A stretch of 63,975 nucleotides of DNA, filler included, from Octopus bimaculoides (lineage: Eukaryota): the NCBI RefSeq assembly GCF_001194135.2. It is 4 parts of 4 records of this genome, joined end to end, with 100 filler letters (N's around TTAATTAATTAA, not from the genome) between each part and the next. Parts side by side here need not be neighbours in the genome. Positions count along the whole stretch, not along the records: positions 1 to 24,338 come from NC_068987.1; 3 more parts are not named here. One strand, given 5' to 3'. The notes below the pieces were generated by a model. The model was not told where the DNA came from. It ran no database searches and saw only the letters and a program-made list of their open reading frames with translations. Positions 1 through 10,290 of the stretch are shown here, piece by piece; within the stretch, counting starts at the first letter, position 1, and each line of letters opens with the position of its first letter. A program made the position numbers and the translations under genes.

Positions 1-901
1 AGCTGATTGCTAAATCTAATGGACTCAAGACAGATGGCTCTCTTGAGGGCGTGCCACCATCTATTATTAATGATGGTGCCACATAATGCCCTCTGCACTA
101 ACTCCTTAATCCGGGTACGGAAAGCTACACAAGTCAAAATAGACTTGTTCATTTTCCAATACCCAGGTCCCTGTCTATGGCACTTATCTATATGCACCTC
201 ACACGTCACAAGTTTATGATCCGAGTAAGGCAGAATACAAAAATGTGGACAGCTAAAGCTATGCTTATCTCTTTCTTTAACAAAAATTCTGTCTATGTAC
301 GATCTGAGTGAGCCATCGTTATTACTCCACGTCCACTGTGGAACGCTTGGCTCATCCAGTCGGTAGTGGTCTACTAGATTGAAACTCTCTAGTAGACCCT
401 TGAGGCAAGGATTCCCTTTCCTATCGGTGGAGCCTAGACTATCGACGCGCGCATCGAGAATAGTGTTGAAGTCCCCTAGCAAAATTATGGTTTCANNNNN
501 NNNNNCGACGCGCGCATCGAGAATAGTGTTGAAGTCCCCTAGCAAAATTATGGTTTCAGACGTCAATAAAAAGTACTCCAGGTTCCGAAAAAAATCCGAC
601 TGCCCCTGTCCGTTAGGAGCGTAGGCAGCCACCATTCTGAAGGACTGCTTACTTTCATGTGTCACATCTAGGACGACCAGCCTACCTTCTGGGTCCAGAA
701 AGACAGTATGTATCTGTAACTCCAAGTTTTTCTTGATAAGGACTGCCACGCCTGCACCTCCCCTCCGGCTCGGAGAAATAAATTTCTCGTAACCATTGAG
801 GAGGGGTGAGAACGCTTCAGGTCCCTTCATCTTGGACTCGGTGATCACAGCCACATCTGTTCTATGTGAAATGAGGTCGTGCAGAAAACAAGCTTGTTTC
901 C
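1..901 (-). mobile_element. Tx1/L1-like LINE (family A), ORF2 N-terminal AP-endonuclease domain, stop-free to the window edge
   Basis: Manual translation from 899 downward: KQACFLHDLISHRTDVAVITESKMKG...GAGVAVLIKK...GRLVVLDV...MVAAYAPN...IILLGDFNTILD...WTWSNNDGSLRSYIDRIFV...YSDHKLV...GPGYWKMNKSIL. These are the GDFN, W-T-W, IDRI, SDH and YWKxN motifs of L1/Tx1 endonucleases. No stop codon, so the ORF track does not list it. Confidence 0.9.
443..558. other. Assembly artefact: exact 53-bp duplicate on both sides of a 10-N gap
   Basis: 443-495 is identical to 506-558, separated by 10 N; typical of unmerged overlapping contig ends. Confidence 0.85.
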
Positions 902-1646
902 NNNNNNNNNNNNNNNNNNNNNNNNNNNNNNNNNNNNNNNNNNNNNNNNNNNNNNNNNNNNNNNNNNNNNNNNNNNNNNNNNNNNNNNNNNNNNNNNNNN
1001 NNNNNNNNNNNNNNNNNNNNNNNNNNNNNNNNNNNNNNNNNNNNNNNNNNNNNNNNNNNNNNNNNNNNNNNNNNNNNNNNNNNNNNNNNNNNNNNNNNNN
1101 NNNNNNNNNNNNNNNNNNNNNNNNNNNNNNNNNNNNNNNNNNNNNNNNNNNNNNNNNNNNNNNNNNNNNNNNNNNNNNNNNNNNNNNNNNNNNNNNNNNN
1201 NNNNNNNNNNNNNNNNNNNNNNNNNNNNNNNNNNNNNNNNNNNNNNNNNNNNNNNNNNNNNNNNNNNNNNNNNNNNNNNNNNNNNNNNNNNNNNNNNNNN
1301 NNNNNNNNNNNNNNNNNNNNNNNNNNNNNNNNNNNNNNNNNNNNNNNNNNNNNNNNNNNNNNNNNNNNNNNNNNNNNNNNNNNNNNNNNNNNNNNNNNNN
1401 NNNNNNNNNNNNNNNNNNNNNNNNNNNNNNNNNNNNNNNNNNNNNNNNNNNNNNNNNNNNNNNNNNNNNNNNNNNNNNNNNNNNNNNNNNNNNNNNNNNN
1501 NNNNNNNNNNNNNNNNNNNNNNNNNNNNNNNNNNNNNNNNNNNNNNNNNNNNNNNNNNNNNNNNNNNNNNNNNNNNNNNNNNNNNNNNNNNNNNNNNNNN
1601 NNNNNNNNNNNNNNNNNNNNNNNNNNNNNNNNNNNNNNNNNNNNNN

Positions 1647-2267
1647 ATTATTTTCCGCTTGGACTACAATCTCAAGCGACTGACCTCGCCAACCGGTTGC
1701 TTCCTTTCTCCTCGTGCTCAGAATCTCGATATTTTCCTCAACATCGAAAATTACGGCTGCTGCCGCCCATATTACATCATATCCAAATGGTATATCCTCC
1801 ACTGTCACACGTGCTGTTCGTTTTCCCATGCAAGTGGGCAGCAACATAATTATTTCAGTTTTCAAAGTTTCTGTTGAAACTTCTTTCGCCACTTCAGCCG
1901 AGTCGAAGTGAACTTCAATTGTTGCACTTCTTACACCGCGGTTGACGTGGCGAATTTTTGACCAAATTGGTGCCAAACACATCTCTACAAGTTCGTTATG
2001 AGCCTCTGCAATTTTTTTTTCCTTTATATTATAAACTTTATAGACCACAATTTTTTCTTTTATTGCGTTGACTGTCTCGGCGGGTGGAATCAGCTTTGTT
2101 TCACCATCCACCTTCTGAATATACTTTCTAAATGCGTATAAACTTTCCTTAGACATTTTCCTCTCGATGGTATTTCCTCCAACAGCCTGTGAGAAACTTG
2201 GTTTTCCTTTTTGAATACGTCCTCCCTCCATGGGAAGGTCACCTTCAGCTGACAATATGGTAGCCAT
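1647..2267 (-). mobile_element. Tx1/L1-like LINE (family A), ORF1 (gag-like) N-terminal part
   Basis: ATG at 2267, stop-free to the gap: MATILSAEGDLPMEGG...HVNRGVRSATIEVHFDSAEVAKEVSTETLKTEIIMLLPTCMGKRTARVTV. Aligns by eye with the CCHC-bearing ORF1 at 17.7-19.0 kb (NRGKRSGIVEVKF...LVLLPTYLGKRTSEVKI) and lies upstream of the endonuclease ORF on the same strand. Confidence 0.75.
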
Positions 2268-2714
2268 ACTTGTCACAAGGACAAGAAAAAAACAACAAAA
2301 AATTTTACAGGTAATTTTCAGCCCCGTAGGGCGAAAATAGCTGTATACAAACAGTTAATAAAATTACAGTTATAATACACTGAAGAAACAAACGGAAACG
2401 AACTCACACAGTAGCAGCAACAAAAATGTTGATTCAAAAATCAAAATATTCTCTCTAGCACAAGGAAAAAATGACCAGCTGGTTGAAGAAGTCTGTCAAG
2501 CTCTTGCAATATATTCACTGGTTACCAAAATTAGAAATATCACATTTCTAAATCTCTCAGAGAGATTTAAGCAGTAGTGATGCGATAAAGTTGTTGTATA
2601 TTGTCAACTTAATGTGACAATCCCAATAAGGGATATAATCAATCAGGCATTCATAACTCTGAAAAAAACACACTCCTAAAAAATTTTTGGTGCTGTAATA
2701 TCTAAGGTGGTGAA

Positions 2715-2925
2715 CTGACAGAATCGTTAGCACATCAGGCAAAATGCTTTGCAGTATTTCATCTGCCACTACATTCTGAGTTCAAATTCCGCTAAGGTTG
2801 ACTTTTCAGGGTCGATTAAAGAAGTACCAGTTACACACTGGAGTCGATGTAATCAACTTAATCCCTTTGTCTGTCCTTGTTTGTCCCCTCTATGTTTAAC
2901 CTCCTGTGGACAATAAAGAAATAAA
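2715..2925 (+). mobile_element. tRNA-derived SINE-like repeat, degenerate
   Basis: B-box-like GAGTTCAAATTCC near 2778; related pieces (taagcattttacccggc, gaactcagaatg) recur at 36.3-37.1 kb. Confidence 0.5.
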
Positions 2926-3649
2926 TATTTAATGTAGTCATTGGTTATGGCTGGTGAGAAAGTTACCACTAGTTTCACATCTAACATTCTCTTAGCAATG
3001 GAGGCAAACACATCAGACCTTCTGGCCAGAAGTACATAACCTCTTAAATAATGGAGATAAGACTACACTCTTGGTCAACCAGGGTTGTGAAAAACGCCCT
3101 AAAAACGGAAGATTCTTGAACCACCTGGACCGCAACTCAACAGGAGCAGATTATACAAACTTTGCTTGGCTGAGAGTGCAAGGATCCTAAAAAAATTCAC
3201 TTGACCCAAAGGTCTTCTTAAATTCCAGAAGTGGGATGTTTAGTTGATGACTTCATGAGAGAAAATTTTCATTGAAGACATGGAATTCTCTGCTTGTGAA
3301 CTATTGAACGGATATCATACATAAACTGACCTTTTCCAGTCACAACTGGAATTGGTCATAGGAAGATAACTCCATCTTGTCCACAAAGGGTTTTCACTTC
3401 AAAGAATTTCATTTCAGGATGTTTTTTTCACAACTCTAGTTGACCAAGACTGTTTTCTTACCTCCATCAGTAATGAGGTTTTGTACCTCCAGCCAGCAGG
3501 TCTGATGAGTCTATATTGCTAAGAGTATAATAAATGTAAAACCAATAAAAACTTTTGGACTCTCCGTAACCAACAACTACATGAAATATATATTTACATA
3601 TCATGGGACAGTACAGCACCCACATCAGTGGCAGACCATAAAAGGGAAA

Positions 3650-4370
3650 TCACCTATTCCATCCATAGACTGGAGTGGCACCTTGGGCGAGTGCTAACAA
3701 CCCTTTAGCCTCTCATGCCAGGAATACAGTGAAGATGTCAGTTGTACTGCCCACCCTGGAAGAGGAAGCCCCTAGAAAAGATGGGGTAAAGAAACAAAAC
3801 CTCAGAACAAAACCTGGCTGGTTCACATAGGCCAATAGGACTTCACTCCAGTGGTAGAAATTAGAAGAAAATGAAGACGACTGTAGCAACATCAAACATG
3901 TGCACTATGCTTGACAGAGACTCCATGCCTGAATAGAGGACAGCCCTACTTGCAAAACAATTGTACCAGTAAAATGTAAACATTGCAACACTCCAAGAAA
4001 CCAGGATCAAAGAGCAGGGCCAACTGCAAGAGAAGGGTTACACCTTCTTCTGGAAAGAAAAGACACAATCATAGATTTTGCTATCAATAACAAGACCACC
4101 AAAGGCTACCTTTTCTCCCATTAGCTGTCTGAGAGAGGATGACAACCCTGCAGACACCAATTATGAATAACTGACACCTGACCCTCGTCAACAAGTATGC
4201 TCCAAAATAACCTACCCAGAGGAGGAGAAAGAGGCATTCTACCAAGAGCTGACAAGAATTGTAAGCAAGGTTCCTCACCAATACAAGTTGCTGATTATAG
4301 GTTACTTCAATGTTAGGGTGGGAGCAATGGACAATTGCAAATGAGAATGCAGGTATACCCATATCATGTG
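3650..4370 (+). mobile_element. RTE-clade LINE 5' region and endonuclease remnant, decayed
   Basis: Interrupted translation ...RTALLAKQLYQ*NVNIATLQETRIKEQGQLQEKGYTFFWK...LTLVNKYAP...IIGYFNVRVG, matching RTE/BovB-type endonuclease N-termini. Confidence 0.75.
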
Positions 4371-4389
4371 ATTTCAATCCCTGAAATAT

Positions 4390-4810
4390 TCCTCTTAGAT
4401 CTCCTCAGTGGGTATTGCTGCCTGTAACAATGCACTGCAGAAATGACAGGTTTCTACTCATGGTTATAAGACTATTGTAGATAGTGGAACATTGTGTTTC
4501 GTTCTTGAGCATAAATTCATGTGGAATCCAAATTCCCTCTTTGAATGTTTTCACAATTTGCTTGAGATGTTCATGGATAGTGGAACATGACACATTAAAT
4601 TTTTGCACCAAATTTCTAGTGCTTTGATGTGGATCTGATGCAATAGTCTCATTCAAAAGGTTAGCATTCAGATTAGGTCATCTTCCAGCATGAGGCTTTT
4701 TGGATATGTCACAATTACCATCTTTAAACCTTTTAAACCACAGCTGACATGTATGAGCTTTCACTGCAACCAGATACATTTCACAAATGCATTTCATTGC
4801 AATGGTGAAT
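4390..4810 (-). mobile_element. Mariner transposase fragment
   Basis: ORF 4405-4656: DPHQSTRNLVQKFNVSCSTIHEHLKQIVKTFKEGIWIPHE...FLQCIVTG (HTH, WVPHEL-like motif, start of the DD34D domain). No TIRs seen. Confidence 0.8.
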
Positions 4811-5518
4811 ATTTACTTATAAGTAAGTAAATAAATACTTATATCTGTCACATACCTGTGATAAATGTAAGACAGAAATAGACAAAATAAATAAATAAAA
4901 CTATATAAAAGGCATGGATACGAAGGGCATGGATATGAAGCGAACCCATACATACACACATGAAACTTCATGGATGGCCATAACAATGTCAACAACACAA
5001 CTAACACGGTCAGCAGCAGCGGTGCTAGCGATGGCATTAACAACAACTACCACCATGATGACAACTTTGCGGGCAAACACACATACACAAAGAAATACAG
5101 GAACTGTACCATTTTTTAAAATTCAGGTCTTAGAACAGCAGCAGCACAATGGGGTGGAAGGATGGGGCTGAAGGGAAGGCCACATTGCTGCTAAAAACTA
5201 TGACACACAAACAAGGACACAAACACATACACACATAAGGATATACATCTTAGAAGAACAGAATAGAATAAATGGAACAAGAACACACACACAAAAGAAA
5301 AGTGTCGCTGAAGAGGTCACAGATATGTGACGAAAGATTTCTGGACAATGAACATGAGTTAAAATAATAAAATAAGAATAGTAATAAACAAGTGAAGAAA
5401 AAATTATGTAGTGTGTATGTTTATTTGGAAAATGAAAAAAAAAAAACCATCCCAAAATACAACAATAATATACATTATTTACATTTGACGGATATTTGTT
5501 CTCATCTTGTTTGTTATT

Positions 5519-5564
5519 AACACAACGTTTCAACTGACATACCCTCCAGCCTTCTTCAGGTGTC
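5519..5564 (-). ncRNA. Minimal type I hammerhead ribozyme-like motif, slightly degenerate
   Basis: Minus strand: GACAC CUGAAGA A GGCUGG agggUaug UCAGUU GAAA CGU U GUGUU. Stem I GACAC/GUGUU, core CUGANGA...GAAA, stem II GGCUG/CAGUU (with G:U pairs), palindromic AACGUU in place of stem III. Confidence 0.5.
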
Positions 5565-5648
5565 TTGGGAAAATTTCGAACCTGGGTTCTCATTCCTAAG
5601 GTATTTTTCAATGTTATTATTATTATTATCATTATTATTATTATTATT

Positions 5649-5715
5649 CAGGTCACTGCCTGGAATCAAACTTGGAATCTTGGGGTTAGTAGCCTGCACT
5701 CTTAACCACTACGCC
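5649..5715 (-). mobile_element. tRNA-derived short repeat with an (AAT)n tail
   Basis: Minus strand GGCGTAGTGGTTAAGAGTGCAGGCTACTAACCCCAAGATTCCAAGTTTGATTCCAGGCAGTGACCTG followed by (AAT)n (5616-5648). A-box and degenerate B-box, poor cloverleaf, so not a functional tRNA. Confidence 0.6.
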
Positions 5716-6345
5716 ATTATGCCCGTGGGCAATTATGGAGTGAATTTTTAGGGCTTATAACTCTAATATTTTAACAAACAAGATGAGGACAAATATCCGT
5801 CAAATGTAAATAATGTAAATAATGTACATAATTCCTCATCTCTTAAATATAGAACTGTAGAACAATAATATAGTTGGCAAAAAAACCAAAAGGCAAATAT
5901 ATAAATAAGGAAGAGAAAGTAGGAGACAGCAAGAGTAAGAGCAGGAGAGGGATGGCAGGTATACTCGCAAGGATTGGCGATCAGGGCATAGCTAGGATGG
6001 TCGAGTAAGGAAGACAGAGATGAATGGTGACAGGTGCTGGAGGAGTATTGCCAAGAAGTTACGAACAGATAGTGGAGGCGGGGAATACTGTGACTGGTGA
6101 GAATCTAGGTATATAGAGGGTGAGGGGTGGGGGAAGCCAAGATACAGTGAGCAGGATAGTGAGGACTGGATTGGGGAGTGGGAGATAATCCTAGTGTACG
6201 AAGAGGAAATGTGAGGAAGAGAATGGAAACAGTTTGCGAAAGGATGTAGTTTGGTTTGTTGGGTAGGGTGTGTGAAAATGTTATTATGTGTGGGTGGAAC
6301 GCTTCTAGAACTCAGGTTTGCTGACGTGGGTAGGTTTTCTCTAGA

Positions 6346-6803
6346 TGCAGAATAAACAACCCACCTTCTTACTTCCCATTCTTACCTATTAGATGTTCTA
6401 TCTACAATAGTTTCATCTTCATCTCATCAAAATTACATCACCAAACTAACAAGATATTGGCCTGTTGGGATATGACTGAAAACTACCTGGAATTTCTTCT
6501 CCAATTTTGCTACAGATTCTGCAATAAGAGTGAGGTCATCAGCATATAGTAGTTCCCATGGGCACCAGTTTTGAATTCCTCTGTTATGGCCTGGAGGACT
6601 ATGATGAATAGGAGTAGTGATGAATAGCCCTAGTGAACCCCTACCTGCATGCTAAATAAAGCCAAAAAGTTTTCTGTCATATCCCAACAAGCCAAAATCT
6701 TGTTAGTTTGGTGATGTAATTTTGAGATGAAGATGAAAGTATTACAGATAGAGCATCTAATAGGTAAGAATGGGAAGTAAGAAGGAGGGTTGTTTATTCT
6801 GCA
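6346..6803. repeat. Long inverted repeat (arms 6346-6483 and 6668-6803) enclosing an RTE reverse-transcriptase fragment
   Basis: Arms are reverse complements at roughly 90% by manual alignment. The spacer read on the minus strand gives LLLFIIVLQAITEEFKTG...LLYADDLTLIAES. Confidence 0.85.
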
Positions 6804-7744
6804 GGGATCAGATGGTTTCTATATTTGTATAAACAGCAAACACACTTGTATTAAGCAAGACAATACAGTTGTGGAAGGGATACATGTGAAGGAAGAAGCA
6901 AAATAAAAGATTCCATTGAATGTGCAACGTTAACATGCAATTCAATTTCATGCAAGGAAGATGGTGAACCTGTAATATAAATGAATGAGGAAGTGTTGTG
7001 TGCCAAGGAATACGTGAGAAGTGGCAAAATCATGTCTAAGAATTTCGATTTAAAAAATGAGATGACACAGGATTAACACAAGTAATGATGTACTTTATTG
7101 CACTGATGATGATGATGATGAGGAGGAGGAGGAGGAGGANNNNNNNNNNNNNNNNNNNNNNNNNNNNNNNNNNNNNNNNNNNNNNNNNNNNNNNNNNNNN
7201 NNNNNNNNNNNNNNNNNNNNNNNNNNNNNNNNNNNNNNNNNAAAGAGTTTGTTTCTTTATAGTTGAATATTGGTAGATAATGAACGAAATACTGAAGAAA
7301 CATGTAATTCCAAATATTGGGAGAATTCAGAGAGTGAGTGTAGGAAGATGACATTGGTTAACTTTGTACCCCTGACCCCACCTCTCGTCTATTTGTTAAT
7401 TATCTTCCCGCTTCCATCCATTCCCCCATTCACTTTAGCCATCTCGGATCTTTTCCCTTTGAATGGCAGATCAAGAAATTAATTTTTTGTAACTAAGCAC
7501 TTTCAAACTTCAGACACTAGTAGAATGTGTCATATAAAACATCTTTTACTCTTAGTGTTGTTGAGAAAAGTTTATATTTTTAAAGTTATTTCATGTTAAA
7601 GTAGTCATGTTTCAGTAATTTCAACCAAGCAATGACATGTATTCAGCTGAACAAAATTACTGCGGTTGTTTGTCAACAACAACTATTGGCAGTGTATATT
7701 TTGTTTGTCACTGTTATTTATGACATTGTGCATTTGTACTGGTT

Positions 7745-7871
7745 TTAGCTTTAGGGTGTTAGGGTTAGGGTTAGGGTTTTAGAGTTAGGGTTAGGGTTAA
7801 GATTTAGGGTTAGGGTTTTAAGGTTAGGGTTAGGGTTAAGGTTTTTAGGGTTATGGTTAGGATTGGGGTTT
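7745..7871 (+). repeat. Degenerate interstitial (TTAGGG)n tract
   Basis: About 120 bp of TTAGGG and variants (TTAGAG, TTAAGG, TTATGG); a shorter tract occurs at 31644-31666. Confidence 0.8.
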
Positions 7872-8599
7872 TAGTCTGTGTGCACGTACAAGTGTGAGAA
7901 GCTACTCTTGAGTGCTACTGCTAACATGTAACTCAGTACATCGTGTTGCATGATTGGGTTGTTGGGGATGAAGCTGACATTACCAAGCATGTATGGTAAG
8001 TAAGGTGGCTTTTGGATACCCTGTGGGATGAAAGACAAGACCAGTAAAAGGGCAGATGAACTTAGGAGAGTCAACAGTCATCCAATTAAAATCATCAGGA
8101 GTGACTTGTAGCTGTTGTTACAGTATCCTTCTAGGAGAGGGAAACACAGCTGTAAAATCTGATTTAATGCAATTACTGATCATCTTGCTTTGGCCTGTCA
8201 CTGGGTACCAATCAGAGACTCAGTCAGCAGTGCTCGTTTTGTGCAAGCATTTATCACTTTAATCCAATGACGTACAGATGTCTCTTTATGGTGACCTCAT
8301 TTGTCATTTGACATTCCATCTATTGGAAATCCTATGGTGATGGAAGAGTGGTGATGTGTGGAACCTAACCAGTTGGAAGTGCAGATACAAATCTGTACAT
8401 AGATAACAAGTTTTATCCTAACGTTGTTGTGTCTTCCTGCAATGGGGACCAAGTCCTGTGGACCTTCTTGTAATTGAGCACCCTTTTTTTTAGGAAGGTG
8501 CTAGAAAAGGTGCACTAAACACTGCCTGTCACATTGATGCTGGTTAGCTTCCTGCAATTAGAGGTAGTTCATTTAAGCAGGAACAGGAAAAATGTAAAA

Positions 8600-9532
8600 C
8601 ATACTAAAATATTTGCAAAAGACTCAGTTAAACTCAATATTTGTTCCTGGAATGTTAGATCCACCTGAACCAAATGTCATCTAATTGTCCTGAATGAAGA
8701 TCAGTACTTGCACATAGGTATTGCAGCTTTGTCTGAAAAATGTCTCTCCAAGGAAGATTAACTTACTGAAGTATCATCAGGCTACACACTCTTCTGGGTT
8801 GGCAAATTAAAAAGTAAACAGAGAGTGTGGTGTCAGTTCTGTGATCAGAATAACTTTGGTAGAGCATTTAAAGTGTCCTTTTAGAATCACTGGTTGCATA
8901 ATAAAGCTTTGCTTTCCTTTTTCCTGGAGACAGTATGTGACAATCTTGTCAGTTTATGCTCCAACTCTCCAAGCCAATGAAGAAACTATCTTGACTTAGT
9001 ACAAAATCTTCATACTGCTATTATATCTACACTGGTTGATGAAAAATTGATCGTTCTTGGCAGTTTCAATGAATGAGCTCATAAAGTCTATAAAACAAGG
9101 GATGTATTTGGCTATCATGGTGTCATTAAAGTGAATGCTAATGGTTTGAAGTTACTTAGATTTTGTCATTTGCATAGAAAAACTTCATCAAAAATTTTAG
9201 CTCAGGATTACATGGACTCAACTGAGATCTAAGAATGGCCACATAATTTTTGTTATCATTCAGAAATGTGACCATAGCAATCTATGTAATGTGCAAATGA
9301 TGCAAAACACAAAATGTGACACAGATCATAGGATAGTGTGAAGAAAGTTTAAATTTGAATCTGTAAAACAAATTCATGTTAGTGGGGTGCAGACTTCAAA
9401 GTACATTGATATTACAAAATTGAAACTGACAGAGATGTATGTGAAACCTTAAACAAACAACTAGATAGTCTTGACTTTGATAGAATATGCAAGAACTTTA
9501 AAAGTCAAGTGTACTCATTGGGAACCAATGTA
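8600..9532 (+). mobile_element. Outer RTE-clade LINE, left part (endonuclease), decayed
   Basis: ICSWNVRS...IAALSEK...GYTLFWVGK...VYAPTLQA...GYHGVIKVNANGLKLLRFC. Ends at ...GGAACCAATG-TA, the mariner target site. Confidence 0.75.
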
Positions 9533-10290
9533 CAGGATGGTATCAAAAAGTCCCTGGACTAATTATGTTTAATAAAAAATAACTTATTCACCTGAATTTT
9601 AACATCATCTCCTTCAAAACAGTCACCTTGTGCAGCAATACACTGGTCCCGGCTTTCTTGCTGCTTTTGGAATCCAACCTGGAAGTCGTTTTCTGTTAGT
9701 GAATCATGGACCTTCTGCAATTCACTCTTCATCACAATAATGGTGTTAAAACAGTGACCTTTGAGCTACATTTTTTCATCTTGGGGAAGAGTGGGAAGTC
9801 CACAGGTACTAAATCTAGCAAATAGGGCAGGTGCAGAAGCGATACCATATTGTTTTTGGTGAGAAACTCATGAGTGAAGAGAGCTCAGTGACAGAGTACT
9901 TTGTTGTCACGAAGAATCCAATTCTTCATGCTCCACAGATCTGGTCACTTTCACCAAATGTCCTCTGTTGAACACTTCAAAATGTTGCAGTAAAAATCTC
10001 AGTTGATGGTCTGGCCCTGCACAATACTATGGATGTCGAAAAAAGATGATGAGCATGCTCTTGATTGAGCTGCAGCTCTGTTGTACCTGCTTCGGTCATG
10101 GAGATGAAGGGCCCTTCCGTTGTGACAACTGCTGCTTCATCTCAGGGTTGTATCCGTAGACCCAACTCTTGTTACTGTTGATCATTCTTGACATGAAGGA
10201 TGGGTCATCAGTGGCACACTGACAGAGATCTTGACAGACTTTGATGTGATGTTCTTTCTGCTCAATGGTCAGGAGGTGAGGGACAAACTT
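9533..10290 (-). mobile_element. Mariner element, 3' half (catalytic domain and TIR), decayed
   Basis: Minus strand KFVPHLLTIEQKEHHIKVCQDL...DDPSFMSRMINSNKSWVYGYNPEMKQQ. TIR CAGGATGGTATCAAAAAGTCCCTGGACT, preceded by TA at 9531-9532. Confidence 0.85.

Larger units (their letters stand above)
5472..6345 (-). mobile_element. Penelope-like element terminal-repeat region with an inverted partial copy
   Basis: 43-bp inverted pair 5472-5514 vs 5773-5816 (1 mismatch), a hammerhead-like core between them, and a purine-rich tract 5880-6345. Inverted partial terminal repeats with minimal hammerheads are a known Penelope-like arrangement. No RT or GIY-YIG sequence seen. Confidence 0.5.

Noticed and set aside
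443-558. In-frame tandem duplication within the endonuclease
   Set aside because: Exact duplicate around a 10-N gap; contig-overlap artefact.
1-2267. Single fused ORF1-ORF2 of more than 750 codons
   Set aside because: The shared register depends on an estimated gap length.
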